Shown here: positions 39,460 to 48,243 of the stretch, one piece after another
Layout of the letters: every line of letters begins with the position of its first letter
How positions within the stretch are numbered: position 1 is the stretch's first letter
NCBI GenBank assembly: GCA_964467655.1
Contig: CAYXSN010000008.1
Coordinates: 78-64,077, forward strand
Reading direction: 5' to 3'
Length of the DNA stretch: 64,000 bases
Origin: an uncultured Candidatus Saccharimonadales bacterium
GTDB lineage: Bacteria; Patescibacteriota; Saccharimonadia; UBA4664
Notes under the pieces: generated by a model
The model's database searches: none
Told to the model about the DNA's origin: nothing
What the model saw: only the letters and a program-made list of their open reading frames with translations
Position numbers and translations under genes: made by a program

Positions 39460-39552
39460 CTGGACACGCTCCTTACGAGTGATTTGCGTAGTTTATACGG
39501 TTATCTTGAAAGAGACAACATGTCCATTATTAGGGCAGGGTTACAATGGCGA

Positions 39553-39703
39553 GCTGCGACAAAAGCGAGCGGACACGCTCGTGCGTACCCTTGAAAAAGA
39601 GTACGACATAGACCTCGGCCGTCGTGGTGATATGCGGCTCGGCACCCTCCGTAAGGAGCTAGGTGTCACCGATATCAAGGACATCCTGAAGCGCAGCCGT
39701 TAA
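39553..39703 (+). pseudogene. 3' fragment of a gene cut by the IS3 insertion (…GELRQKRADTLVRTLEKEYDIDLGRRGDMRLGTLRKELGVTDIKDILKRSR)
   Basis: in-frame coding-like sequence with high GC3 begins exactly at the IS boundary; no start codon outside the IS. Confidence 0.3.
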
Positions 39704-39841
39704 GGCTTAGCTCTTGATGAGAGGGGGAACCAGGTAAACTTCCCACTCGCACAAAGTTCCAAGCTATATTGCTTATGGTCAATATAACATAAGCGTAATG
39801 GAGTGATCAGCTTAAGCGGCCAGCTATTGATATTTAAGCTT

Positions 39842-39890
39842 GGCGGTTCTAAGGTCGTCCGCTATCCGGAAACTTGCAATTATTATACTT
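39842..39890 (+). repeat. R1: GGCGGTTCTAAGGTCGTCCGCTATCCGG-AAACTTGCAATTATTATAC (att-like repeat)
   Basis: aligned with R0, R2-R4 and the tRNA-His 3' end. Confidence 0.6.
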
Positions 39891-39964
39891 TTATGCTAAT
39901 ATAGCACTTATCTTGCCTCCACTAGGACGCAAGCGCCATCCATCCCATAGGATCGGAGAACATC

Positions 39965-40585
39965 ATGCCCGGTGAGGTTATTCGCGTGCCTCGCACCACC
40001 GCCCTCTTCATCAACGGCCTCGGACGCATCCTGCGGGATGAGTTGGGCTACCCTGTGTTTATCGAGGAGTCCTGGACGTTCGAACACACAGCTCAGTGGG
40101 AGGAGTGCGGTCGTAAAAGCCAGTGCTCGCTTCACAACAACACGGAGCAGTGCATCGATCACGACTACGAGAAGTGCCAGTGCTTCATGCCGTGCTACGA
40201 ATACCGCCACGATGTCTACATGGGCGAAGGCTTCTTCTTCGCTACCGGCCACCGCGTCGAGGTTCGTTGCCGCATCTCGCTCACGCATTGGGATGCCGGC
40301 GGCGACCTCATTGACATCGAGCTGTGGGTCCAGGACAAGGACGGTCCCGTCCAGTCAAAACTGTTCAGTATTGGCTTCGACGGCCGCCCCCGTGCCGAGG
40401 CAGAAAAGCCAACGCTGGCGTTCCCGCCGAATCGGTTCGCCTTCTGGAAGGACCACCCCGGTCTTAAGACTCACCGTAAGAGCCGGCAGGGCTACCGGCT
40501 GGAGCGCCTGCTCCGGCGCCACCGCCCTGAATCCTGGGAATCCGCTCTCCTCCGGCAACGCCTGACACCGGCCAGCCGGGGATAA
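39965..40585 (+). CDS. cassette 1: Cys-rich hypothetical protein (206 aa) with very high GC3
   Basis: ATG with GGAGAACATC upstream; codons almost all end in G/C; no known domain recognised. Confidence 0.5.
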   Translation: MPGEVIRVPRTTALFINGLGRILRDELGYPVFIEESWTFEHTAQWEECGRKSQCSLHNNTEQCIDHDYEKCQCFMPCYEYRHDVYMGEGFFFATGHRVEVRCRISLTHWDAGGDLIDIELWVQDKDGPVQSKLFSIGFDGRPRAEAEKPTLAFPPNRFAFWKDHPGLKTHRKSRQGYRLERLLRRHRPESWESALLRQRLTPASRG

Positions 40586-40676
40586 TTAGCCCGCCTACTA
40601 CAAGAACGCCTTCCGGCCCTTGTGGTCGGCGGGCGTTCTGCTTTTACGAAGCGGACGCCAAGCTACCGAATAATAC

Positions 40677-40720
40677 TGCGGTTCTAACGTCGTCCACTAT
40701 CCGGCCCCAGGAATTATTAA
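40677..40720 (+). repeat. R2: TGCGGTTCTAACGTCGTCCACTATCCGGCCCCAGGAATTATTAAG (att-like repeat; final CCCCAGGAATTAT identical to the tRNA-His 3' end plus 8 nt downstream)
   Basis: 13/13 identity with the tRNA-His end CCCCAGG|AATTAT; upstream part resembles a tRNA T-arm/acceptor 3' half. Confidence 0.65.
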
Positions 40721-40771
40721 GATAATAGCTCCATAGAGCCATTATCTTGTTTTTGTTAAACTGGTCTTACC

Positions 40772-41281
40772 ATGACGTTCGGATTAACCCCTACTCAACT
40801 TTGGCACTTGCTCGCGGTCATCCCGCCGTTGGTATTGTGGTGGCTTGCTTTGCCTTGGGCTAAGCACCGACATATAACGCGTTGGCACAACGCTTCACTG
40901 GGTGTTTCGTTTTGGGAAGAAGTATTATTCCGTGGTCTAATATATGGCCTCTTACTCTGGATGACGAACAGCCCTCTCGCCGCAATTGTTATATCATCGT
41001 TGCTCTTCGGCCTGTTCCACTTGCGCAATCTGTGGTGGGCCGACAGGCGTCACGTTGCCCTAAACTGCCTTTACACTGGTCTTATTGTCGGGCCTATTTT
41101 CGCGCTCGTCCGTTTCTGGAGTGGTGATATCTATCTCGGGGTCCTCGTTCATTTCCTACATAACTTCATCAACATGCGCCTGGCTCACAACACACCAACT
41201 GACGAATTCCTCGCATCAAAACGGCCCAATCAGAATTGGTTCGAGCGCTTCTTTGCCGGTGACTGGCCGCGCCAGAACTGA
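40772..41281 (+). CDS. cassette 2: CPBP-family intramembrane glutamic endopeptidase (CAAX protease / bacteriocin-immunity-like)
   Basis: EEVLFRGLIYG, FGLFHLRN, HFLHNF motifs. Confidence 0.7.
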   Translation: MTFGLTPTQLWHLLAVIPPLVLWWLALPWAKHRHITRWHNASLGVSFWEEVLFRGLIYGLLLWMTNSPLAAIVISSLLFGLFHLRNLWWADRRHVALNCLYTGLIVGPIFALVRFWSGDIYLGVLVHFLHNFINMRLAHNTPTDEFLASKRPNQNWFERFFAGDWPRQN

Positions 41282-41396
41282 TTTAGACCTAATATCATTC
41301 ACCATCAGGCAAATCTGGGCATAACATGCGAAGCCAAAGGTCTTCTCCATCAGCTCAAGCCAATTCTTGGCTCATTACACGAGTTCAGCGCTTGAA

Positions 41397-41440
41397 GTGT
41401 GGTTCTAATGCCCTCCAAGATCCGGCCCCATAACGCTTAT
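41397..41440 (+). repeat. R3: TGTGGTTCTAATGCCCTCCAAGATCCGGCCCCATAACGCTTATG (att-like repeat)
   Basis: aligned with R2 and R4. Confidence 0.6.
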
Positions 41441-41455
41441 GTTTAAAGAGGCTCC

Positions 41456-41818
41456 ATGGTCTCTTTTTGCTATATACTAAAAAACATGAGTAAACGTAAT
41501 TGGCTTTCCTCCATAAGGCTTGGGTATTGGCCAGTGGCGGTTTGTGCCATTGTGCTTATAGCTGAAATAGCTATCGAGCTATATCCCGAGGCAGTTCAGA
41601 ATTGGTACTACTACAACACATCCGTGAGTGGGCTAGACGAAATATTTGTGGTACTCAACCTGATGGTTAAATTAGCTGTGGTCCAAGTCCTAATGGTACT
41701 CTTGGCCTGGCTTGGACCCGGTGTTAAAAACCGAAAGCTATCAATTGCGCTGTGCAGCTCCATGATTGTTACTGAAATCATTTTCGCGACCGTAGTTTAT
41801 CATTTCCGCGGATACTAG
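41456..41818 (+). CDS. cassette 3: AT-rich small membrane protein (about 120 aa, 3-4 TM)
   Basis: RBS AAAGAGG; about 40% GC, unlike neighbours; N-terminus MVSFCYIL is echoed by a frameshifted remnant after R4. Confidence 0.4.
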   Translation: MVSFCYILKNMSKRNWLSSIRLGYWPVAVCAIVLIAEIAIELYPEAVQNWYYYNTSVSGLDEIFVVLNLMVKLAVVQVLMVLLAWLGPGVKNRKLSIALCSSMIVTEIIFATVVYHFRGY

Positions 41819-41840
41819 CATTGCCGTAAGCGCAACTGTA

Positions 41841-41880
41841 GTTTTTTATGCCCTCAACGATCCGACCCCAGGAATTATGC
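41841..41880 (+). repeat. R4: GTTTTTTATGCCCTCAACGATCCGACCCCAGGAATTATGC (att-like repeat, 5' part degraded)
   Basis: ends in ACCCCAGGAATTAT like the tRNA-His end; followed by hairpin AGACCCGAAAGGGTCT plus TTTTT (41883-41905). Confidence 0.6.
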
Positions 41881-41882
41881 CC

Positions 41883-41905
41883 GAAAGACCCGAAAGGGTC
41901 TTTTT
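41883..41905 (+). terminator. hairpin AGACCC-gaaa-GGGTCT plus TTTTT
   Basis: direct reading; lies just after R4. Confidence 0.45.
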
Positions 41906-42068
41906 GCTATGCTCAAGTTGTACTGACAGTCTTTCTAAGTTATTTCATCTTGAACGAGAAGGGGCATGTAATAAGGAAGATAGGCGCTGCCGTGATGGTA
42001 GTTTTGGCCGCCATCTTAATCAAAAGTTAGTTTACTCCCTACCAACCAAAACAACGTATAATCCTGGC

Positions 42069-42551
42069 ATGATCAGCCTAGCCAACTATTTCCACTACCC
42101 AAATATTCAGCTTGTTCGTATCAAAGCTGCCGACATTTCAGAGACCGTGGCCCTCATCAATAAAGCCTACGCCTATCAGGACGTGTACAAGCAGGCGCCA
42201 CGCACCAACCCTGAGCATTTGAGCAAAAACGCTACCGATAACGAGTTTTACATCGCAAAGCAGGGCGACGAGATTGTTGGCTGCCTGTATACCAAAAGAG
42301 GAGTTCACTCGGTGCATTTCGGGCTGCTAACCGTCGCCGATGAGTTTAGAGGTAAGGGGCTCGGGCCTGCTTTGATTGAAGCTGTCGAAGCCTTTGCTCA
42401 ACATACTGGCGCCAGAAACGTCGAGCTTGATTATATGTCGGCAGCGCCCTGGCTCAAGCCATACTACGAAAAGTACGGCTACGTTGAAACTGGTGAAATT
42501 ACCAATTGGGGAACGATTGATTTAATTCGCATGTCAAAGCCGCTGCTCTAA
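42069..42551 (+). CDS. cassette 4: GNAT-family N-acetyltransferase
   Basis: ...VGCLYTKRG...RGKGLGPALIEAVEAFA acetyl-CoA binding motif; start moved to MISLANYF. Confidence 0.7.
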   Translation: MISLANYFHYPNIQLVRIKAADISETVALINKAYAYQDVYKQAPRTNPEHLSKNATDNEFYIAKQGDEIVGCLYTKRGVHSVHFGLLTVADEFRGKGLGPALIEAVEAFAQHTGARNVELDYMSAAPWLKPYYEKYGYVETGEITNWGTIDLIRMSKPLL

Positions 42552-42596
42552 GTGAGAGCTGAGGGCAATGTATGAACCTACCAAAAGTCAGCTCAG

Positions 42597-43253
42597 CTAC
42601 AAGCTGCCGCGCTCAATGACTTCTTCATAATAGGCGCCGGTCTGGCCCTCAACGCGTTCAACAATGCGTTGCGCAACCTTCGCCGGATCGAGAAAGGTAT
42701 CGAAGTCCGCTGGTCGCTTGCCCTCCCAAAAAGGTGTCTGCATACCTCCAGGCATAAAAAGAGAGACTTTGACCTTGGCCCCAAGTCGCTCACTCTCAAG
42801 ACCGAGACTTCGAGTAAACCCGACCTGAGCATGTTTGGTGCCGGCATAAACGGCCTCATGAGTTCGGGGCTTTATGCCTGTGGTGGAGCTGACCACAACG
42901 AACCTGCCGACTTGCGCAGCGGTGAGCAGTCGTTGCCAAACGGCCTGAGCTGCCGGCAGCATGTGGCCAAAGTTGACGGCCGCCATGGTATCAGGAGACT
43001 CTTGAGCAGAGAAATCTCCAGTATAACCATAGCCTGAGATCCAATAAAAATTGAGTTCCTGAGCAACAAGGTCGCGGATGTACTGTGCCAACTTCAGGGC
43101 ATCGTCTGCTGACGCCAGATCGATCTTGAGTCCATTGCCGTGCTGTTGCTGCTTGTAGCTACGACCAATAACACACATTGTCTGGCCGTTGCGCTGTAAA
43201 ATATCGGCTATTTCACGGCCCAAACCATGTGTGCCACCGACAATAATATTCAT
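42597..43253 (-). CDS. short-chain dehydrogenase/reductase (SDR) family oxidoreductase
   Basis: N-terminal IVGGTHGLGREIA Rossmann motif, 218 aa. Confidence 0.7.
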   Translation of the reverse strand: MNIIVGGTHGLGREIADILQRNGQTMCVIGRSYKQQQHGNGLKIDLASADDALKLAQYIRDLVAQELNFYWISGYGYTGDFSAQESPDTMAAVNFGHMLPAAQAVWQRLLTAAQVGRFVVVSSTTGIKPRTHEAVYAGTKHAQVGFTRSLGLESERLGAKVKVSLFMPGGMQTPFWEGKRPADFDTFLDPAKVAQRIVERVEGQTGAYYEEVIERGSL

Positions 43254-43411
43254 GGTATAGAGTATAGCATCGACACCCGCATGAGCAGGCCGGTAAACAC
43301 CGCCACGGCAAACACAAACAAAATTGCATAATGACGGCGCACAAACCCGGCATCACCAAAGCGTCAACTGCCAGCTGGGGCACCGCAGTCGACGACTGAA
43401 ATGCCCCAATG

Positions 43412-43456
43412 CCCCGGATCTTTGACCTAGCGTCACTGATCCGGGGTTGTTTTTTC
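43412..43456 (+). terminator. orphan plus-strand hairpin CCCCGGATC...GATCCGGGG plus TTGTTTTTT
   Basis: 9-bp stem plus T-run on plus strand but no annotated plus-strand gene upstream; overlaps the 3' end of the minus-strand phosphatase gene. Confidence 0.35.
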
Positions 43457-43972
43457 TAGCTTGTCCACAGTGACATGTCCGTCAGCCTGACTCACCACAT
43501 ACCCGGCCAGTGGCTCAATGGGTACACCCGGCAGACCTCGTTGGCTCATCGCCGGAACAATCGTAATGTCGTGCGATACCACGAGAGCCCATTGGCCGTC
43601 GGTCAGTTTTACCAAAAGCTCATCAATCAGGCTGTTGAGGTCTTTGGCTTGCTCGCCAATATCAGACAGCACCAAGGCGTCGTTGTAGATGTGGGCGGCC
43701 TCCAGAAACGATAAGCCTTTTTGGGCCGCTAATGCGTTGATGGTGTCGCTCACGTCTTGAGGCGCCATCGGGTAGCCCGCCCGTTCGTCAATCATGGGAT
43801 CTTGACCGCTGAGCAACTGAGCCGTCTGGATCGCCCGGGCATACCCGGAGGCTACCACCAATTCAAAATGGGGGAGTTGAGGCCGCAAAGCTGCCGCTGA
43901 CTGTTGGCCCTCATCCGTTAGGTTACCTGCAAAATCTTTGTGGCCATGACGCATTACATACACAGCTTTCAT
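43433..43972 (-). CDS. histidine phosphatase family protein (phosphoglycerate-mutase-like)
   Basis: VYVMRHGHK (RHG catalytic motif). Confidence 0.7.
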   Translation of the reverse strand: MKAVYVMRHGHKDFAGNLTDEGQQSAAALRPQLPHFELVVASGYARAIQTAQLLSGQDPMIDERAGYPMAPQDVSDTINALAAQKGLSFLEAAHIYNDALVLSDIGEQAKDLNSLIDELLVKLTDGQWALVVSHDITIVPAMSQRGLPGVPIEPLAGYVVSQADGHVTVDKLEKTTPDQ

Positions 43973-44161
43973 GTTCATCATCATAGCAGACGGCTCGCAT
44001 ACCGTTGGTAATCATGAGTCGTGAGTGATTAAATGAGACCACTACCCGCGAGTGAGGAAAGGTCTCGTTATGAAATTGACGCGTATCGAAACTGACAACT
44101 CAGGCAATAGATGGAATAAATAACCGCCTAGGTTTGACCTACAAGTATTACTTGTAATACT

Positions 44162-44419
44162 ATGAACTTCATGCATCAACCTCACGCCATGTACCGTCTG
44201 GCCGGCACCGTTAGTGTCGGACCCAAGGGTCAGGTTGTCATTCCAGCCGAGGTTCGCGAATGCATGAATATCAGGCCAGGGGACAAGCTCATCGCTCTGT
44301 ACATCACGGCCAAGAACGCTATAGCCTTCATCACCGAGGACCAGGCACAAAAGCTGGTGGAGCACCTAGGCGCGCAGGCAACCGGCCTATCCAAATTAAT
44401 TGATACTGACAAAAACTAA
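44162..44419 (+). CDS. AbrB/MazE/SpoVT-type DNA-binding protein
   Basis: VGPKGQVVIPAEVRECMNIRPGDKL swapped-hairpin motif; start uncertain. Confidence 0.55.
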   Translation: MNFMHQPHAMYRLAGTVSVGPKGQVVIPAEVRECMNIRPGDKLIALYITAKNAIAFITEDQAQKLVEHLGAQATGLSKLIDTDKN

Positions 44420-44432
44420 ACGAGGGAAAACT

Positions 44433-46115
44433 ATGCTTCATCACATGTCACAGCGCGAAAAAATTATCGTCATGCTGGCCGTCATGAGTGGCTTATTTTT
44501 GGTCGCTCTCGATCAAACCATCATTGCCACCGCCCTCGGCAAAATCGTTGAGGAGTTCAAGAGTTTCTCGTCGCTCAGCTGGGTAGTAACCGCCTACCTA
44601 CTCACCACAACCGTCACCATTCCCATTGCCGGAAAGCTATCAGACCAGTTCGGCCGCCGTGTTGTACTCATGACAGGTGTTGCAGTGTTTACCGCAGGAT
44701 CGCTGCTGAGTGGAGCTTCGAGTAGTATCGAGCAACTCATTTGGGCCCGCGCCTTCCAGGGCCTCGGCGGTGGTATCATTACGGCCAACGCCTTTACGAT
44801 TATTGGCGACCTGTTTATGCCTCGTGAACGAGCTAAGTGGCAGGGGATGATTGCAGCTGTTTTTGGCCTAAGCTCACTGGTCGGGCCGTTATTAGGCGGC
44901 TTTCTGACCGATCCTCATCCGGTGCTTGGCCTGATCACCAACTGGCGCTGGACATTTTGGATCAACGTCCCCATTGGTATTGCCAGCTTTGCCGTTATCT
45001 CCATGTATGCGCCCAGTGTCCGCCGCTCCGAGAAGCCCAAAGTCGATTACCTTGGCGCCGGCCTCCTGGCAGTAGCTCTGGCCGCCTTGATTCTGGCTGT
45101 CGATAATACCGACAAGATCTTTGCCCCAATCATCGATGCCGGGTGGAACATCACAGGCATCAAAATCGCACTTTACGGCCTGTTTGTAGTCGCTTCTATT
45201 GGTTTCGTCTGGGCCGAAAAGCGGGCTGCCGAACCAATCATTCCTTTGCGCTTTTTCAAAAACCACAATTTCACCACGGTCATGGTGGCCGCCCTCTTGT
45301 TTGGTGCCGCCTTCTTGGGTGCCATATTGTACCTCACTCAATTTAACCAACAGGTCTTTGGGGCCAACGCGACAACTTCGGGTCTGATGATCTTGCCGAT
45401 GGTGGTTGGCCTGGCTTCCTGCGCCGCCATTACCGGTCAGTACGTCACTCGATCCGGCAAGTACAAATGGCCGATCGTGACAGGCTTTAGCGTGGCTACG
45501 GTAGCTGTCGGCCTATTGACCACCCTCACCCCTAGCTCACCCTACTGGCACGAGGCCATCCTTATGCTCATGGCCGGCGCGGGCCTGGGGGCGGGTATGC
45601 CCATTATGAACCTGGCGGTCCAGAACGAGTTCGAACAGCACGATCTGGGTGCGGCTACTTCTGCCAGCCAGCTTTTCCGGGGCCTGGGCTCTACCATCGG
45701 CACCGCAGTGTTTGGCAGTATCTTGGCCACCGGCATCACTACCCAGCTGGGCAACTTACAGGACAACGCCTACATTCAATCGTTACAACGCCAACCGGCC
45801 GCGGCCCAGTTATTGGGAGACCTCAACGCCGACACTGCCCTCAACCTCAACACTGCTGATGTCAAAAAAGCCGTTACAAATGGCGCCGCCCAGGCCTTGG
45901 CCAATGCTCCAGCGCCTGTCGCCGAACAAGCGCTCGCCAAACTCAAACAGCAACAAGATAGCTTTGCTCATGATGTTGTTGAAGCCTTCAGTCAGTCACT
46001 GCGGCCGGTCTTTGTGGCCGCGGCGGTCCTCATGTTGCTGGCAACACTGGCAGTTGCCCGCATCCGCGAAGGCAAATTGCGCAGCGGCCATGGTACTCCA
46101 GCCGAAATCAGTTAA
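44433..46115 (+). CDS. MFS transporter, DHA2 (EmrB/QacA-like, 14-TMS) drug:H+ antiporter family
   Basis: LDQTIIATALGKI, GRR motif, 14 predicted TM segments; RBS GAGGGA. Confidence 0.85.
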   Translation: MLHHMSQREKIIVMLAVMSGLFLVALDQTIIATALGKIVEEFKSFSSLSWVVTAYLLTTTVTIPIAGKLSDQFGRRVVLMTGVAVFTAGSLLSGASSSIEQLIWARAFQGLGGGIITANAFTIIGDLFMPRERAKWQGMIAAVFGLSSLVGPLLGGFLTDPHPVLGLITNWRWTFWINVPIGIASFAVISMYAPSVRRSEKPKVDYLGAGLLAVALAALILAVDNTDKIFAPIIDAGWNITGIKIALYGLFVVASIGFVWAEKRAAEPIIPLRFFKNHNFTTVMVAALLFGAAFLGAILYLTQFNQQVFGANATTSGLMILPMVVGLASCAAITGQYVTRSGKYKWPIVTGFSVATVAVGLLTTLTPSSPYWHEAILMLMAGAGLGAGMPIMNLAVQNEFEQHDLGAATSASQLFRGLGSTIGTAVFGSILATGITTQLGNLQDNAYIQSLQRQPAAAQLLGDLNADTALNLNTADVKKAVTNGAAQALANAPAPVAEQALAKLKQQQDSFAHDVVEAFSQSLRPVFVAAAVLMLLATLAVARIREGKLRSGHGTPAEIS

Positions 46116-46125
46116 GATATAACTC

Positions 46126-47097
46126 ATGAAAATGGATCAAGCTGGCCAGTTTGCGCCGACCCCTGAAAGTATCCAGGCTATCCTAACTGAATACAACTTG
46201 ACCCTCGGTCAATTTGAGCCAGCCATGAGCGGCATCGAAAATACGACCCTCTTGGTGGTCGCGCTGGCGCAGCAGTTTGTCCTCAGGGTGTACCGCCATC
46301 GTCGCAAGTCTGATGCCATGATTCGCCGTGAACTAGCCTTCATCAAATATCTGGCGGCAGCAGGTCTTCCGACAGTGCCCGCCATCGTCAATCGCGCCGG
46401 CCAAAGCTACACGAGATACGGCAAGTGGCGCGCCATCCTCATGCCGTTCCGGCCAGGCTATCACCCCTCGCACTACACAGCGGCACTTGTCAGTCAAATG
46501 GCTCAGACTCAAGCCACCATGCACCAGCTGGCGGCTCGCTTTGGCCGGCCGCCCCTCTGGGAGCTGCCGTTATTCAAATTGAAAGAAACCTACTTTCATC
46601 AACACATTGATCGGCGGCAAGACCTCAAGCCGGCTGTGAAAGATTTTTTGGACCGGGTGAAAAGCTTCAATTATCGACTCGATCATGGTTTACCCAAGGG
46701 GTATTGTCACCTCGACTTTAGCGCCGGTAACGTGCTAGTCGGTGGTAGCGGCGAGCTCGCTGCCATTCTGGATTTTGATGATTTGGCCCATGCACCATAT
46801 GTAGTCTGTCTGGGCTACACCTTATGGAGCCTATACCAGCAGGAAGACCCGCGCCTGTTTGCCCAATACCTGGAAGCGTATCAGGCAGTCAGGCCATTGA
46901 GTCAGGTCGAGCTGGCCAGCTTGCCGGCCGTCATGCTGTTTCGACATTATACGGTAGGTGCCATGAAGATTCTTGAGGGGACTATGGATGACCAGAAGAT
47001 TGGGCACTACGTCAGACTTGAGTCGCAGCTGGCTCGAGAATGCTACACTGAAAGCCTAACCTGTGAGAGGACGAACTATGGCTCAATCCACGACTGA
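46126..47097 (+). CDS. phosphotransferase enzyme family protein (APH / homoserine-kinase-II-like)
   Basis: GYCHLDFSAGNVLVGGSGELAAILDFDD (H-x-D-x4-N ... D-F-D). Confidence 0.75.
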   Translation: MKMDQAGQFAPTPESIQAILTEYNLTLGQFEPAMSGIENTTLLVVALAQQFVLRVYRHRRKSDAMIRRELAFIKYLAAAGLPTVPAIVNRAGQSYTRYGKWRAILMPFRPGYHPSHYTAALVSQMAQTQATMHQLAARFGRPPLWELPLFKLKETYFHQHIDRRQDLKPAVKDFLDRVKSFNYRLDHGLPKGYCHLDFSAGNVLVGGSGELAAILDFDDLAHAPYVVCLGYTLWSLYQQEDPRLFAQYLEAYQAVRPLSQVELASLPAVMLFRHYTVGAMKILEGTMDDQKIGHYVRLESQLARECYTESLTCERTNYGSIHD

Positions 47098-47557
47098 CAC
47101 TGTTTTCGACAAAATTGTCCGCGGCGATATACCGTCGTTTAAGGTTTGGGAATCAGCTACGCACCTTGCCTTTTTAACGCCATTTCCGAATACGCCAGGT
47201 TTTACCGTGGTGATTCCCAAAACTAACCAGGGCGACGACGTTTTTGAACTCGATGACATAGCCTATCAAGGCCTAATGTTGGCCGCCAAAACGGTTGCAG
47301 CCAAGCTCAAAAAAGCCTTGGGCGTAGCAAGAGTCGGGCTTGTATACGAGGGCACGGGCATACCATATGTTCATGCCAAGCTCATCCCGATGCATGGCGA
47401 CCTGGCAACCCAAACCGGTGTCTGGAGTAAGCACCAGGAATTTTATCCTGAATACGCGGGATACCTCACAACGGTCGAGGGGCCGAGGATGAGTGACGAC
47501 GAACTCAGGGCACTGCAAGAGCGAATATGCGGTGTGGTACCGTCTTCTGTGGACTAA
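47078..47557 (+). CDS. HIT-like nucleotide hydrolase/transferase family protein
   Basis: FDKIVRGDIPSFKVWESATHLAFLTPFP and YVHAKLIPMHG; overlaps the APH gene end. Confidence 0.55.
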   Translation: MAQSTTDTVFDKIVRGDIPSFKVWESATHLAFLTPFPNTPGFTVVIPKTNQGDDVFELDDIAYQGLMLAAKTVAAKLKKALGVARVGLVYEGTGIPYVHAKLIPMHGDLATQTGVWSKHQEFYPEYAGYLTTVEGPRMSDDELRALQERICGVVPSSVD

Positions 47558-47712
47558 GTTTCAAACCTTGCAGCAAAACTAGGCATAGACATCGTCACTT
47601 GGGTGACGGCTATTGACAAAGCCATACTTATTATAGTATGGTATTATTCGTCACAATCAAGTGGCCTGCGGCCATGCGCTGACATGGAGAGTCTCGGAAA
47701 GGTAGATGAATC

Positions 47713-48150
47713 ATGGCAGGTCTCGTATTCCTGGGCGGCACAGCGGCCAACAACCCCTGGCGCGACGGACTGATCAAGCGACTGGCTGCGCGCGGAGTAC
47801 CCCTTGAGTGTCTGTTCAACCCGGTGGTGCCCGACTGGAATGAGGCAGCGCGGATCGCTGAGGAGAACGCCAAGAAGGCTGCAACCGTGATGTTCTTCTG
47901 CATCGCCGACCCGCGGCAGGAGGGCAACCCCCTCTCGGCCTACTCCATGCTCGAGGTCACCATGGCGTTGTACGACCGTCCTGGGGTGACCGCAGTGGTG
48001 TTCGACACCACTGGCATGGTCGGGCATCCGCTCAAGGCTATGAACCAGGCCTTGAGGGCGCTCAAGGGCCGGTTCCCTGACGCCAACATCTTCAGCAGCA
48101 TGCAGGAAGCCGAAAACTGGCTGGTGGAGAAGCTGGCGAGCAGCGTCTGA
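47713..48150 (+). CDS. nucleoside 2-deoxyribosyltransferase-like (PF05014-like Rossmann) protein, very high GC3
   Basis: VFLGG...CLFNPVV...VVFDTTGMVGHPLKAMN pattern resembles NDT/PF05014; GC3 about 85%; candidate TTGACA -35 at 47615. Confidence 0.45.
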   Translation: MAGLVFLGGTAANNPWRDGLIKRLAARGVPLECLFNPVVPDWNEAARIAEENAKKAATVMFFCIADPRQEGNPLSAYSMLEVTMALYDRPGVTAVVFDTTGMVGHPLKAMNQALRALKGRFPDANIFSSMQEAENWLVEKLASSV

Positions 48151-48172
48151 GCAGCGTCTGAGCAGCGGCTCA
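48140..48172 (+). repeat. 11-bp tandem repeat (GCAGCGTCTGA) x2.8 spanning the stop codon of 47713..48150
   Basis: GCAGCGTCTGA GCAGCGTCTGA GCAGCGGCTCA. Confidence 0.6.
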
Positions 48173-48200
48173 AGGCGCTGACTTCAGACAACCTCATCTC

Positions 48201-48233
48201 AAGGGCCCGCGACAGCATTTTGTCGCGGGCCCT
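48201..48233. terminator. bidirectional hairpin GGGCCCGCGACA-gcatttt-TGTCGCGGGCCC between convergent genes
   Basis: perfect 12-bp GC-rich stem. Confidence 0.55.
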
Positions 48234-48243
48234 TCACTATTTA

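Larger units (their letters stand above)
38303..39551 (-). mobile_element. IS3-family insertion sequence (about 1.25 kb) with orfA/orfB -1 frameshift arrangement
   Basis: imperfect terminal inverted repeats CCTTGTCAACC...GGACACCAATTCTCTTTCA (left) versus the reverse complement of the right end CCATTGTAACC...GGACATGTTGTCTCTTTCA; orfA + orfB (rve/DDE). Confidence 0.75.

Noticed and set aside
39972-40565. 197-aa alternative-frame ORF over cassette 1
   Set aside because: Same strand, shifted frame of 39965..40585. The chosen frame has the RBS and consistent GC3 periodicity.
41848-42030. 60-aa ORF starting inside repeat R4
   Set aside because: It begins within the att-like repeat and reads through a hairpin. 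Its GSFCY segment looks like a frameshifted remnant of the cassette-3 protein N-terminus (MVSFCY), so it is probably a pseudogene fragment.
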